In this document: in pieces, positions 14,031-26,977 of the stretch | Layout of the letters: each line of letters opens with the position of its first letter | Numbering within the stretch: position 1 is the first letter of the stretch | NCBI GenBank assembly: GCA_039096225.1 | Contig: JBBPEB010000004.1 | Coordinates: 186,001-250,000, forward strand | Source: Blastocystis sp. Blastoise | Lineage: Eukaryota > Protista > Bigyra: Opalinata | DNA: 64,000 nucleotides | Direction: 5' to 3' | The notes under the pieces: generated by a model | Told to the model about the DNA's origin: nothing | Database searches by the model: none | What the model saw: the letters and a program-made list of their open reading frames with translations, nothing else | Position numbers and translations under genes: made by a program

Positions 14031-14871
14031 TAAAATATAGTTGTAAATTAAAGAAAAATAAAAATAAATATGCGAAAAAGTTGAATCTTATAAACAAAGA
14101 GAAATTCCCCCTTACAATTTTTTTTTTGTATAATAAAATTCTTTACAAAATCTGGGTTTCCAGGGGTTACAACATTTTTAAATTTTCCCTTTTTCTCTAA
14201 TAAAAAGTCTATTTGAATATAAAAATGATTTATAAATGTAATATGTGTTTATGAACCTAAATTATTTAATTACAACATGTTTAAGACTTATTAGAACAAA
14301 AATATAGTTATTTAAAAAATCTTTAATTACAATTAAATATATTTGTCTGCTATTTTTATATAATAGTATTTTATTTATAACAAGAAGGTCCTAGATAATC
14401 AAGAGAAATATTTAGTATAATCACTTATAGAGACATGATTCAAAATTTATAAACTTTTGTTTCTAATATGATTTATTTCAACAATTTATCGATTATTGTA
14501 GATGTATAAATAAAACGAGAATATTTGAAAGCTTTGTGAGTTGTATAAGACATAATAAAGAATGTAATTTATTAAAGTATAAAGTAGATTAATATTTACT
14601 CTTTTTTCTATTATTCCAAAAGAATTCTATAAATAATTTTATTCCTAAATATCAACAAAACAAATAGAGTAATATATAAAGAAATAAAACAAAATAAAAG
14701 ATAGATAAAAAAGATAATATATAGTATATATATAGTAATATATCATTATAATATATATAATATGAATAATTTATTAAACTCCTTTTTATTCTATATATAC
14801 ATGATTATAAAACCATATATAATTTAAATATATATATATATTGATATAGTATTATAAATATATATATATAT

Positions 14872-16396
14872 ACAAGAGTTATCATTATCTTAATACATAA
14901 AGGAATCATCCAAAAGTTTATATAATAATAATAATATAATAATAGTAATAACAATAAGTATATAATATATATATATATATATACAAGATATATAATAACC
15001 ATGTTTCTGATAATCATGGTTATCAATAAGGAACATAAAACGTGGGTATTATAGGAGGTATATAGTTGTATATATATGTTTTATATGGTGGTAATTCTTC
15101 AAATAGATAATGATTCTTTTTCTGTAGTTTGTATGGAATTGTAATAACTATATATATATATATATATATATTATATCAAAATATAATAATAAAGTATATA
15201 TATAAATATATAATATCACGAGAACAATAAAGTATATATATATATATACTTGAGAAATTCTAGAATAAGTATTTCCCACGATTATAATTCATAAAGACAA
15301 CACGCTACTCTTAGTAGGGAAGATGAAGTAGGAGATAACAGGATAACAGTATATAACCACGGGGATAATTAAGTATATCCTATAAAATATGTAATAAGAA
15401 AATCATGTGACATAAGTAGCTGATAGAGGGATTCAAACATTCATAGAATACATATATTAAAGTCATCCAGTATATTTATATCATATATATCTTCTTATCC
15501 GCGGTTTTCAGTCGGTTACGAAGAGAATATACATATTGAACATCAATAGCTATATATATTATATAATATAATAATAATAATAATACACACAATAATATAT
15601 ACAATAAATGTAATGTAACTATAATAAAACCATAATAAATACAAAACATACAATGATCATTATCTTCTTCTCTTTTTCCTATATAAGTAAACATATCTAT
15701 CATTTCTTTTTCTTTTTTCTTTCCTGTTTCTTCTTCACCTTCAATTTCAACCGTATTCAGTATATGACTTAATCCATAAATCAGTTCTCCACTAGGTTTT
15801 TCTTCTCCTTCTCCTCTTTCTTTCTCTTCATATGTATTCATTAATCCTATTTCTTCTTCTTCAGGTACTTCCATATCATTATCAATCATCAAATCATTTC
15901 CTGTATCTTTATATGCACCTGTGAAATAATTAGTAGTAGGAGGAGGAGGAAAAGGAGGACTATAGACTTCTTTTAAACTATTATGACTCATAAAAAAGGA
16001 AATAGAATAAATATCAATCTTTTTAATGTATGTAACTGAGGAGGTATATAAGAAGAAGGACAACGAGCTATTTGTATAATTTCTTCTATTCTTGTTAATA
16101 AGGTATATATCATATCTTGAGGAATATAATTCAATTCATATATATATAGACTTACTAATATTGTTTCTCTTCTTTGTATTATATATAATAATATGATATA
16201 ATATTATAAGTAAGAAACGAGATAGTACAGTATATGAATTGAAATGGATTTCAAAGGAAGGTTTAAAAGCATAATAAACTGAAGAATAATTTAAAACACT
16301 TATATAAATATATTGCATTCTTTAACCATGTTGTTAAGAAGTCTATAATAATATACAATAATAATATATAATAATAATAAAATATATATATATAAT

Positions 16397-16433
<37 letters not shown>

Positions 16434-17433
16434 CTCTCCGATTTATAAAGTGGAATCAATGAGAATATCACGTGCTTTTCTTCATTTGATTCGGGAGTAC
16501 AAATACATCCTTAACGGAAAATATACTCACCAACTGTTTTAATAGAATTTCGAATAGAATCAGGAATAGGTTGTGATTCAGGGATGTCATTTATATATAT
16601 AACTAACAATCTACTTAATACTTTAATACTTTGTTCTGTACATATATCAACACTTGTATTTAATAATAAACTTTGTAAATATTCACGTTGTTGATTAGGG
16701 AAGAAAGGGAGTAGTTGACATATAATGGTAGTTGCTTGAATGGATTCATATATACGATTATTATGAACAGCTTCATAAAATATATCAATATCCTTATTTG
16801 TTAACTATATATATAAGAATATGTATATATATAATAGTAAAGAATAGAATAATAAGTAAATACAGGGATAACAGTGCATATATATTGAAGAAGAGAGAGA
16901 GACAATCGTAACGTTTCTGTATTTAAACACTGTCGGAATAACACATCTAATATATCCTATATATAATAAGTAACATATATATAAGTAATATATATAGATA
17001 GTTATATATACTCTGTCTCGTATATATTGAACAAGTGATTTATAAATAGCAGATTTCTTTACCGTTTGAAGATCATTAAATAATGTAGTTAAATTCGTTA
17101 TTCCATCAATTTTATTTTTCATGTTTGATCTCATCAACTTATATATATATATATTAATATATAATTTTTGATAATCATAAGGATCTTGATAACTATATAT
17201 ATATATATATATATTAATAATATAATAAATCATAATTACATTTTTCGTTTTTCAGCAAATTTCAGTGTATTTGTATATTCATCAACATCAATTTGGCGGG
17301 GAAAATCACTTGGTAAAAAATTTTATAAACTATATATATATACATTTCATTACAAATAGTAACAAGTGAAGGAAGAGAAGTAAGTATATAAATATATATG
17401 CTTAATTTATACATAGAGAATAAGTATTCAAAC

Positions 17434-17468
<35 letters not shown>

Positions 17469-18230
17469 CATATATATATATATATATATATACATCTTTT
17501 CCAAAGTCGATATCTGCCCATAATGATTGTAATACATTCATATATTCATATAAAGAGGTTTCAATAGCTTTATATAAAAAACTATAGGGTTTACAATAAT
17601 ATCGTTTATCTGTATATTCCTCGACAAATGATTTGAGTTTCGTACTGAGAATGGGGTCTGTTGGAGGGGGATTGAGGGGAGTCACGAGACGATCACGTGC
17701 TGGAATTTCTTTTAGAATCGTATATGAACCTTGAGATAAATCAAAACTATATATAGGGTTGAATATAAATATAATAGAATATAATATATATGTATACATA
17801 AATGCTCTATTATCACTATTTCGTAGTGAATATGTATATTTATCAGAAATGGGGGAGTAAGAAAGATCTATTATGGTATAAATCCTATATAATATATATA
17901 ATATATATATATATATAATATATATACTGTTTGTCCTGATGATAATAAATAAGTAAATTCTTATCATGAGATGTATTGGTTAGTACAAGTGACGCATCTA
18001 GATGACGCTCCAGGTAAGGAAATGGCTCTACTCTATAATAATATATAATATATAATATATGTATAATAATAAATAACAAATAATATATATATATATATAT
18101 ATACATATCAACTTGAATATCTTCTAATCCATAAATATCTGCTTGTGTATATCCATCTTAATAAACTCTGTATATATTCTTATATATACCTCTCTCTTCA
18201 AAGAAATCAAGCACTATTCCCGTGATTCTA
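14872..18230 (-). pseudogene. Unprocessed (intron-containing) pseudogene of a large unidentified, probably helical-repeat, protein
   Basis: Exons splice in phase (VEPFPYLERHLD..., NFLPSDFPRQIDVDEY..., DILDVLFRQCLNTETL...). In-frame stops at 18124, 17323, 16511, 15476, 15380, 15311, 15305 and 15260, plus apparent frameshifts near 16320, 15995 and 15035. Confidence 0.7.
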
Positions 18231-18238
18231 AAGATATT

Positions 18239-18275
<37 letters not shown>

Positions 18276-18372
18276 AATTATCATTAACATGAATAGACAT
18301 ATAGAGACCAATATCCTTTGTAAAATAAGTCTATATAATAATAATAATTATAATAAATATATTGTGAATTAC

Positions 18373-18845
18373 CTTTTTAATTTTTAAAGAACACACCAGC
18401 AACCTAATTCACCAATGGCAACTAAAAAGCACCTTCCTATATAATATAATATATAATAAACATATACTAAAAATAGAGTAAATTAAAAAAAGAATAAAAG
18501 AATATTGTAACATAGGAAAAGAGAAAAAAGAAAAATATCTAAATGCAAAGAAAAAAAAATATATAATTATATACCTTCTAGACTTTGTTAATTGATTATT
18601 TGAAGTACCGACAAGACCTAATAAACAACCTAAAAAAATTAAAAATAAACAAATGTAATAAAATACCTTATAAGAAAAAACCCAACAAGTACACATGATG
18701 AACCACTTTGAAACCGACCTGGGAGAATATCTGTCAGGAAAAGGATTTACACAATGGAAAACTAAAAAGAATTATGAAAAAAAGTAGAAAATATCTAATA
18801 AATAAATACTTATAAAGTGCATACCTGTATAAAAAACACCATAAA
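18373..18845 (-). ncRNA. Candidate multi-exon spliced non-coding RNA (locus B), GGU-rich; possibly spliced onto the downstream pseudogene
   Basis: Exons 18667-18761, 18575-18629 and 18373-18436 each end AAG|GT with canonical AG acceptors. There is no long ORF after splicing. Shares CTGGTGTGT, GTCTAGAAG and AGTTGCCA with locus A. The next GT-AG intron is 18331-18372. Confidence 0.5.
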
Positions 18846-19028
18846 TAAGTATAAAAATATCTATATATGTTTGGTTATAATAATTTAAAAATAAAGATGA
18901 ATTCACTAATATAATAAAATTTGTTAGTCAAATACTAAAAATTTTCGTAAAAATAGCTTTTATATTTTTTTTTAATTTTTTATGACTCACTACTAAAATT
19001 ACAAGTTTTAAACGTTATGTACTGAGCT

Positions 19029-19898
19029 ATTGACACAACACTATTGTATCTCACTACTTTCAAGTTTTAAAAAATTACTCATTTTTGTTGACTCTCTGAT
19101 CTGTTGACTGACTCGTCTAAAAACTATTAATTTTGACTTAAAACGATTGCATGCTACATAATTAACTCTAAAAGTGACTTTATAAAAGACTTTTATTTGA
19201 TTCTGAGGAAAAGTAGTTTTTTTAGAAGTTTTGGCATACTCTTTGTATGCGGAACTTTAAGTCATAATAAAATCAAATGAAAAAACTCTTCTAAAACACT
19301 TATATCCTCTGATAGTCAATAAAATATAAATAGACTCAGTTTTGAACGAGAAAAATATTCCCGTAAATATTTTAAAAATTCAAAACTCTGGTCTGACTGC
19401 CCATGGAACAAATAGGCTCGGCTCAATTTTTCAGTGTAAAAAAAATATAATTTTTTGACTTTTTGGCTGAATTTTGGTTCTGAGCCATGGAGGTCAGCTT
19501 ATTCACTTTTAATCATATATGTGACTCTGAGATGGTCTTCACTTTAAACACAACTATAAAATATTTTAAAATATTGACCCTCATTTTCTTCAGAATTGCG
19601 ACTTTAAAATAAATAAAAACGGTTTGGATATCGTGTGATCCTCTGTAAATAAAAAATATTGTCAATTCTTTAATAAAATATGTTTAATAGGGTTTTTGTG
19701 TCTAAATCAAAAGTCGACTTAAAATTTTTATGAAAATTTTGTTTTTTTTGCCTAAGTCTTTTTTTTGTTATAATTTTATTGGCTGAATAAGTTTTGAACG
19801 AAAATTAGCCAATCAAAAAGCTTTAAAAATTAAAAATGACCTGATAGTGATTTATTCACATATATATTGAAAGTAGTTACTTTACTTTGCGTGTGAAT
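19029..19898. mobile_element. Degenerate long inverted-repeat (foldback/MITE-like) element
   Basis: Nested inverted matches: ACTACTTTCAA (19053-19063)/TTGAAAGTAGT (19867-19877), TTTAAGTC/GACTTAAA, ATATCC/GGATAT and CTGAC-n-CCATGG/CCATGG-n-GTCAG, centred at about 19450-19500. No TSD or transposase identified. Confidence 0.45.
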
Positions 19899-20255
19899 AC
19901 TCGTTTTGTTATTATAAAATTAATTTGACCATAACAGTATAATTCTGAAATAATCTGTGTGCAAAAATCTCGATGTGACGGATATTTCTCTTTTATATGC
20001 TAATTTATATTTTTTATGAATGTTGGAAGCAAATAAACAATTTTAACAAAAACTAAAGTGAATACAATTAAATAAAAGTGTTGACAAAAAAATTACATTG
20101 AACACAGTTAAATTTTTCGAAAAATACAAAAGTTTTTACTAGTTAATAGAGACTAATATGTAGATATCCATTTAAAGTTATGATTCAAAATTAGAAATAT
20201 AAATAATATGAAAAAAAAAATATATATATATATATATAAGAATAGAAGAAAAATA

Positions 20256-22774
20256 CTATAATCCCATTCTAGAGAGAAATCGTTTAAGATATTGTTGCCT
20301 TTGTTTTGTAGATAATGGTTTAATAGGTTTTTTAGGAATATATTCTTGATAATTATTATTTTCAAATTCATTTGTAGTATCATTTGTATATAGAGAAGGA
20401 AAAGAAGGAGGTGTATTAATAGAAGATATAGAGAGTGTAGAAGGAGAATATAAAGAAGAAGATGAAGAAGGTACATATAGAGAAGAAGATGAATAATTTG
20501 AAAGAGGAGAAGTAGGTGATAAACCAGGAGGTGGAAGTGTAACTAGAAGTGATGATTCTATTTTAGGAGAAATAGAAGGCACATAATAATCATTAGAAGA
20601 GAGTAAATATGAAGATGATGAAGTATGTGAATTAGAATACTCAATATTATTGTTATTGTTATTATTATTATTGTTATTATTATTATTGTTGCTATTATTA
20701 TTATTCTCTAATGTATTATTTTTATTCTCTAATAAAATATTATTATTATTATTCTCTAATGTATTATTATTATTCTCTAATAAAATATTATTATTATTAT
20801 TCTCTAATGTATTATTTTTATTCTCTAATAAAATATTATTATTATTATTTTTAATAATAGGAGATATATGATTAGGAATAGGTGGAGGTGGAGGTATAGA
20901 TGAAGAGAGTGTTAAAGAAGAAGAAGAAGAAGAAGAAGAAGCAGAAGGTAAAGGAACAGGAGGAACATCAAATTGATATTGAGAAGAAACAATAGTATTC
21001 TTTATATTATTATAATTCTTCTTATTATTAATATTAATAGGTGGAGGTGGAGGTGGAGGGGGTATGATTGTATGTGATTGTATAGATAAAGACGAAGGTG
21101 AAGAAACAGATACTGAATTATTATTTATAGGTGATTGTTTTGTAGATTTATTTGATTGATTGATTTTTTGTTTTATTTCATTTTTATTAATTATTTTATT
21201 ATTAATCGAATTAGTAGAATCTGAAGGTGAAGATTTATTTGTAGAAATTGGTGATAATGAAGTAGGTGATAATTTATTATTATTTCGTTTTTGATTTCTT
21301 TTTGGTCTCTCATTCTTTTCTTTATCTTTAGATATTATTGTTGAAGAAACAGGTACAAAATTTTTATTAAATATTGATAACGATGGAAGAACTGTTTGTT
21401 CCGTTACACTTATCTAGTTATATATATATTTACATAGATTAAAATGATAGATCAACATAAAAATTAAAAAAAAAGAGAAGAAGAATGTCAATAAAAATAA
21501 AAATATATACTTTATCTTTATGACAATAATGAGAATCCGTTACTATATATATATATGTTATATAACAAATATAGGAATACCTTCTGGATTTGTTTTGATA
21601 AGAGGTGTACCTATATAAATATTCTAAGAATATTGTTAATAAAAATAAATACATTTTTCTTTTTTAACGATATCAATAACTTCAATGCCACGTAATAATT
21701 GGCGGCATATTGCACATCGAGTTCCTATAGAAAATAAATATTATTTATTGTATAATAATCATAAAAATTTAATAAAGCATATAGTAATGACTTGCTTTCT
21801 ATTTAAAATAATTATTTATTAAAATAAAAATAAATAAATAAATTAATATATATATATATATATAAACAGTACTCAAACATTTATAAAGAAAAGAACTATT
21901 CAATAGAGTTATAATTATATATAAACAACGACAAAATCTATACCTGATTGATTTTTCATAACTGTTTTCTTTCTCCAATTATTTATACATGTCATACAGA
22001 AACAATGGCCACAAGGAACAAGCCGTCGATTAGCAGGTCGTTCCATACAGATGACGCACAAGTTATCATCATCATCATCATCATCATTTGCAGGACCTAG
22101 TATTTAGTATTATTTTAATGTTATTAAAAAAAGGTGTTAAAAAAGAAAAACTTAAAAAATAAATGATAATCATAACTAGAAATTAATAAAAAAAAAAATC
22201 AAAACTAAAAATAAAAATAATAATCATAGCTAGAAACAAATAAAAAACTAATAGTGATACTTTTTTCTTTTACAATAAATCCATTTTCTTCTTTTTCCTA
22301 AAAAAGTTATTTATAGAAATAATACTAAACATAAAAACATACAACTTCATAATTGTTTAGAATCGACTTGATTTCCGTATCTCTATAAATATGATAATTA
22401 AAATCAATAATTTTGTTTTCATATAATATTTACCTTTTATCTGTTTCATTTAAGTCCTGTTCACCATATAACATAGCGTGAATCTAAAAGAATATTTATA
22501 GACTAAAAGATTCTAATAAATACTGATGATATCTGAACAACATGACCTTTACAAAACTTGTGAAAGCATGAGGACACTGTTTGTTTTGGGTTATCTAATT
22601 GATAATGACTGACATAACTATATATCAATTCATTATTTGCAGGAAAAACTTTAAATATATATTTATATAAATGTACCAAGAATTATGCAGAAATTCGGTA
22701 TGTCCAAGGTTACATGTGACAACTTTTGATTCTTTATACGTAATAATAGGTTTTCCACATTCAGCACAGTCCAT
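20256..22774 (-). CDS. RING-finger (C3HC4) protein, probable E3 ligase, with an extra N-terminal Cys/His zinc-binding module and Pro/Ser/Asn-rich tail
   Basis: Spliced CVICMERPANRRLVPCGHCFCMTCINNW...CAICRQ. N-terminus CAECGKP...TCNLGHTEFLHNSC...SCFHKFC. Last long exon 21413-20256 is open; eight GT-AG introns. The exact 3' end (TAG at 20256 or one further intron) is uncertain. Confidence 0.82.
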
Positions 22775-23867
22775 AGTGAATAATTCTATTTAATATACTA
22801 TATTTTCTATTTAAATAAGGCCTATAATAATGGTTGTTGTTGTTTTAAAGTTGGTGCCAAAATGTTGCTAAAAAGTTGCTGGTAATTTCTCGATAGAAAT
22901 GCTTTTAGAAAATTTCATATTTACAAAAAGGAAAAATATGTGTTTTTTGTTGATTTTTCTTAAAAGAATGCTTATTTATTGTTATGAATTAATTGTAATA
23001 ATTTAAAAGGCGTTTTAGTGGTTCAACCTATAAAATAAACAATAGAATTTAGAAAGAAAAGAATATAAATATAAATAATTATGTTATTTATTGAAAATAC
23101 TTGAAGTTGAGATATTTTCTCATTATAAAAACATAATACAAAATATTTGAGAAATTAATAATCGATAGTTGCTTTAATTATTTCAAGAATGAGTTTAAAA
23201 ATGTGGATTTAGGATAGTAGACACCATAATTGTTGTATAAATAATTGAAAAAAAGCAAAAGAAACAAAAAAAAAAACTAAACAACTAGTATGATGATACA
23301 TAGAAATTAAGAAATATATATATAAAACCTCAAGAAATACTGGAAGACATATATACATGACGAGACTTGGAACTAAAAAAAGAACAATATATATATTGAT
23401 ATATATATTAAAAACAATAAGACTGTGAATATTGAAGGATTTCTATATGTTTAATAGAAAAAAATACCCTTAAAAAGAAATATTATATACATTAAATACA
23501 ATGATATGAAAAAAATGATTAAAAAAAATGTAAAAAAAAGAAAAAAAGAGCATTTAGAAAAATGATGATAAAAATATATATATACCAAAAATGATTACGG
23601 ATATTGATTGAATTAATAAAATTGAATTAAAAAAAAAAAAAAGAAATATAAATAGTTAAAATTTACTTTAAGAAATTATGTATATATAGAAAAAGTAGAA
23701 TAATTAAAATATTATAAAATAGAAAACTAGAAGAGAATTAGCAATGCTTATAGATAAAGATAAATATAAATAGATGTTTCATTTATAATAAAAATATGAA
23801 TAAAACATAATTTAAAGATTCTATATAATTAATAAATATAGAATAGATAGATGTATATGAAATACAT

Positions 23868-24052
23868 TATTATTAATTTATTAATTAATTAATTGATATC
23901 AGAAATATATTATTATTAATTTATATATTAATTAATTGATATCAGAAATATATTATTATTAATTTATATATTTATTAATTAATTAATTGATATCAAAAAT
24001 ATATTATTATTAATTTATATATTAATTAATTAATTAATTGATATCAGCAATA
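23868..24052. repeat. ~45-50-nt tandem repeat x4 overlapping the stop codon of the upstream membrane-protein gene
   Basis: Four copies of TAATTAATTGATATCA... (ctgatatcaattaa on the minus strand). The rightmost copy contains the real last codons and TAA. Confidence 0.75.
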
Positions 24053-24363
24053 TCAAGTTTAATAGCTTTACTAGGATATGGGATTACAGGATCTGGAATA
24101 CGAATAGAACTTCGGGATTCCTTTTTGATCACGTGCTTCAAACGTACTTCTTTATGTGTTTTAGAAGTAGTCATATTACATAATACAAACACAAGGGGTA
24201 CAACAACAATAATGAAAATAACTAATATGATATAGATAGTTATATATTGAGCTTTATCACTTGAACATATATAATCTGTACAGATAGCAGTAATACAATC
24301 CGCTTTAACAAGACATCTAAAGTATATAAATAATAATAAAGATAATTATAAAATAATAATAAG

Positions 24364-24395
<32 letters not shown>

Positions 24396-25278
24396 TATAA
24401 AGATAATTATAAAGATAATTATAAAGATAATTATAAAGATAATTAGATAATCATAAAGATAATTATAAAGATAATAATACTAATAATATATGAATAATAT
24501 ATGAATAATATTCATATTGTTGTATCGAATAAATCTCAATAACCATTTTATTTATAAATATATATATATATAGTTTCTATATATAATATATACTTAAGTC
24601 CAATTTCACATCGATCACATGAAGTAGCACCTCCACAGTCAACATCTGTTTCAAGTCCGTTTTGGGTAGCATCAGTACATGTTGGGTAGGTATACATTGT
24701 CTCCATTTGAGAGCATATATCTATATATATTATATTTATATATATCTTAATAAAACAGATTTTCATATAATTCTTTTAAATTAAATTTTTAACTGAGATA
24801 AAATATTATATTTATACACTGAGTAATATTGTTTTTGATATCATTTAACTCATAAACTGTTTTCTTTTCTGAAGTCCCGACAACATATCGAAATACTGTA
24901 CTATCATCTATATATATATATATAATATTATTTATATAATTTACGATTATAAACTTTGTATATAATAATGGTGATATATATATAATATTTATATAATTTA
25001 AGACTATAAACTTTGTAAATAATAATTGTGATATATATATATACTACTAATATCATATTCAAAAGCTGTTGAGGATTCTTTACCTTCATTTGGGGCTACT
25101 ACTTGCATAATATTCAACGATTGAGTAGATAAACGAATAATACATATATTATTACTAATTATTATATATTATAGAATCATGTATTTTTCATATTTATTAA
25201 TATAATTAAAATATATATATAAAATAATAAATATTAGATATTATCTATTCAATTCATATTGAAATGAATAAAAATGAT

Positions 25279-25336
<58 letters not shown>

Positions 25337-25906
25337 TATTAAAAGAATAATAAATATACCCTGATGTAATATGTTGATAGGGATGAAGAGGATGAACACA
25401 GTACCAATTCGTACTATTAATATATTGTTCTGTTAAAGGAATATAAGCATTATAACCTATTAAGAAAAAAGTAGAATATCCATCTACAAGAACTGTTGGA
25501 TTTGATGATTTAGAGTAAAACCAACTATAGAGAATAATTTTTGTTATAAACCATAACGAATGAAATGAAATTGAAAACAAACCAAAACATACGGAGAGAT
25601 TTGAATAGAAACAGGATCACTTCTACATGATTCAGAAGCATATCGAACATGTATTTCAAACAATTGATTATTTCGTATAGCATAATAACGAAACATAGCT
25701 AATTATGTATAAACATACTTACAAATTAAACTTATATACATTTAGTATTCAATAAAGTCTCTGACACAAGTTGACAAGAAGCTTGAGAGCCATAAACATG
25801 ACAAACTAAACACAAATTTAAAAATAAACTGTTTATTTAAAATACCTGAATACACAGGACAAATAAAAAATAATAGTTGAACTATAATAAAGCAAAGTCG
25901 AATCAT
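24034..25906 (-). CDS. Type I membrane/surface protein with a Cys-rich TCxDxxQNGxETDVDCGG repeat
   Basis: Signal peptide MIRLCFIIVQLLFFICPVYS, then PTCTDATQNGLETDVDCGGATSCDRCEIGLKCLVKADCITAICTDYICS, TM helix IYIILVIFIIVVPLVFVLC and a short cytoplasmic tail. Seven GT-AG introns. Confidence 0.8.
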
Positions 25907-26977
25907 TACTATACTTTTATATCAAGTAAAGTTATAAAGAAAACAATTCACAATTTTTTTTCTTCATTATCAAATTGACTTTTTTCGAAAAAGAGTATGC
26001 AGTATCTATTTTTCCGTGTTTATTTTGTTCTTTTCTAAATTCTTTTGTTTTTCAAATTGTTTTCTTTGTTTTCTTATAAGTTGATGTAAATTAATAAATT
26101 ATGTTGAATCTCTTGATTTGTCATGAGTACTTTGTATATTCAAAGACTAAACTAATTAATTTTTAGTGTTATATGCTTTTTTCTTAAATCATTTCTTTCT
26201 AATGTATTTCTATATGTTTTAAATATATAAAACAAAACATTTGTGCTTTAAAGTACATGCTTCTATTCAAATTTTCAATAGCTTATGGTACTTATAAACA
26301 ATTTCATATTTTAAGCATTCTCATACCGTTAAAACAATTATTCAAGCTATTTCAATATGAAAAATAGTATTTTTTACTATATAAAAAAGGTATTCTTTTT
26401 TTCAATAATGATCGATCTTAAATAATTCTCCAAGTTACAGTGTCTTTAGGCTGATCTTTATGACTAGATCCTTTTTCCAAAATTTCAAGAAAAATAGTGA
26501 GTTATGAAGAAATTGAAAATTACTAAAAATATTTAAAAAACATAATGCGATTCATCCTATTCATCAATTAATACTGTGACAATATAAATACCATAAAACT
26601 AATTCCAGAAGAAGAGAACCGGATTGATTATCGAATGAATTATCAGCTATAATAGACTATTAAGTGGTTTTCATGTTTCAATATAGATGTCAAAATATGT
26701 TTTCGATAAAAATAACATTAAAAATTATCATTAAAGTATAGAAAAACAAAGAAACGAAATGAAAGAAAGATTCGTTTCAATGAATATGAAATAATTGTGG
26801 GAATTTTTATGACATTCACAAGAATAATGATTATTTCCGTGACTTGAATGTCATATATAAAAAAGAAACTCAAGTTGTTTTAATTAAAAATCTCATACAT
26901 TAGTTGATTTTTGAAGCGTATGTTTTTCTTTATGATCAGGAATTAATCAAAACAAACTCTATAGTAGTATAAGAAAA

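Noticed and set aside
16510-16530. Possible 21-nt GTGAGT...AAG mini-intron removing one pseudogene stop
   Set aside because: Much shorter than the other introns here (about 37 nt or more), and it would not rescue the remaining stops and frameshifts.
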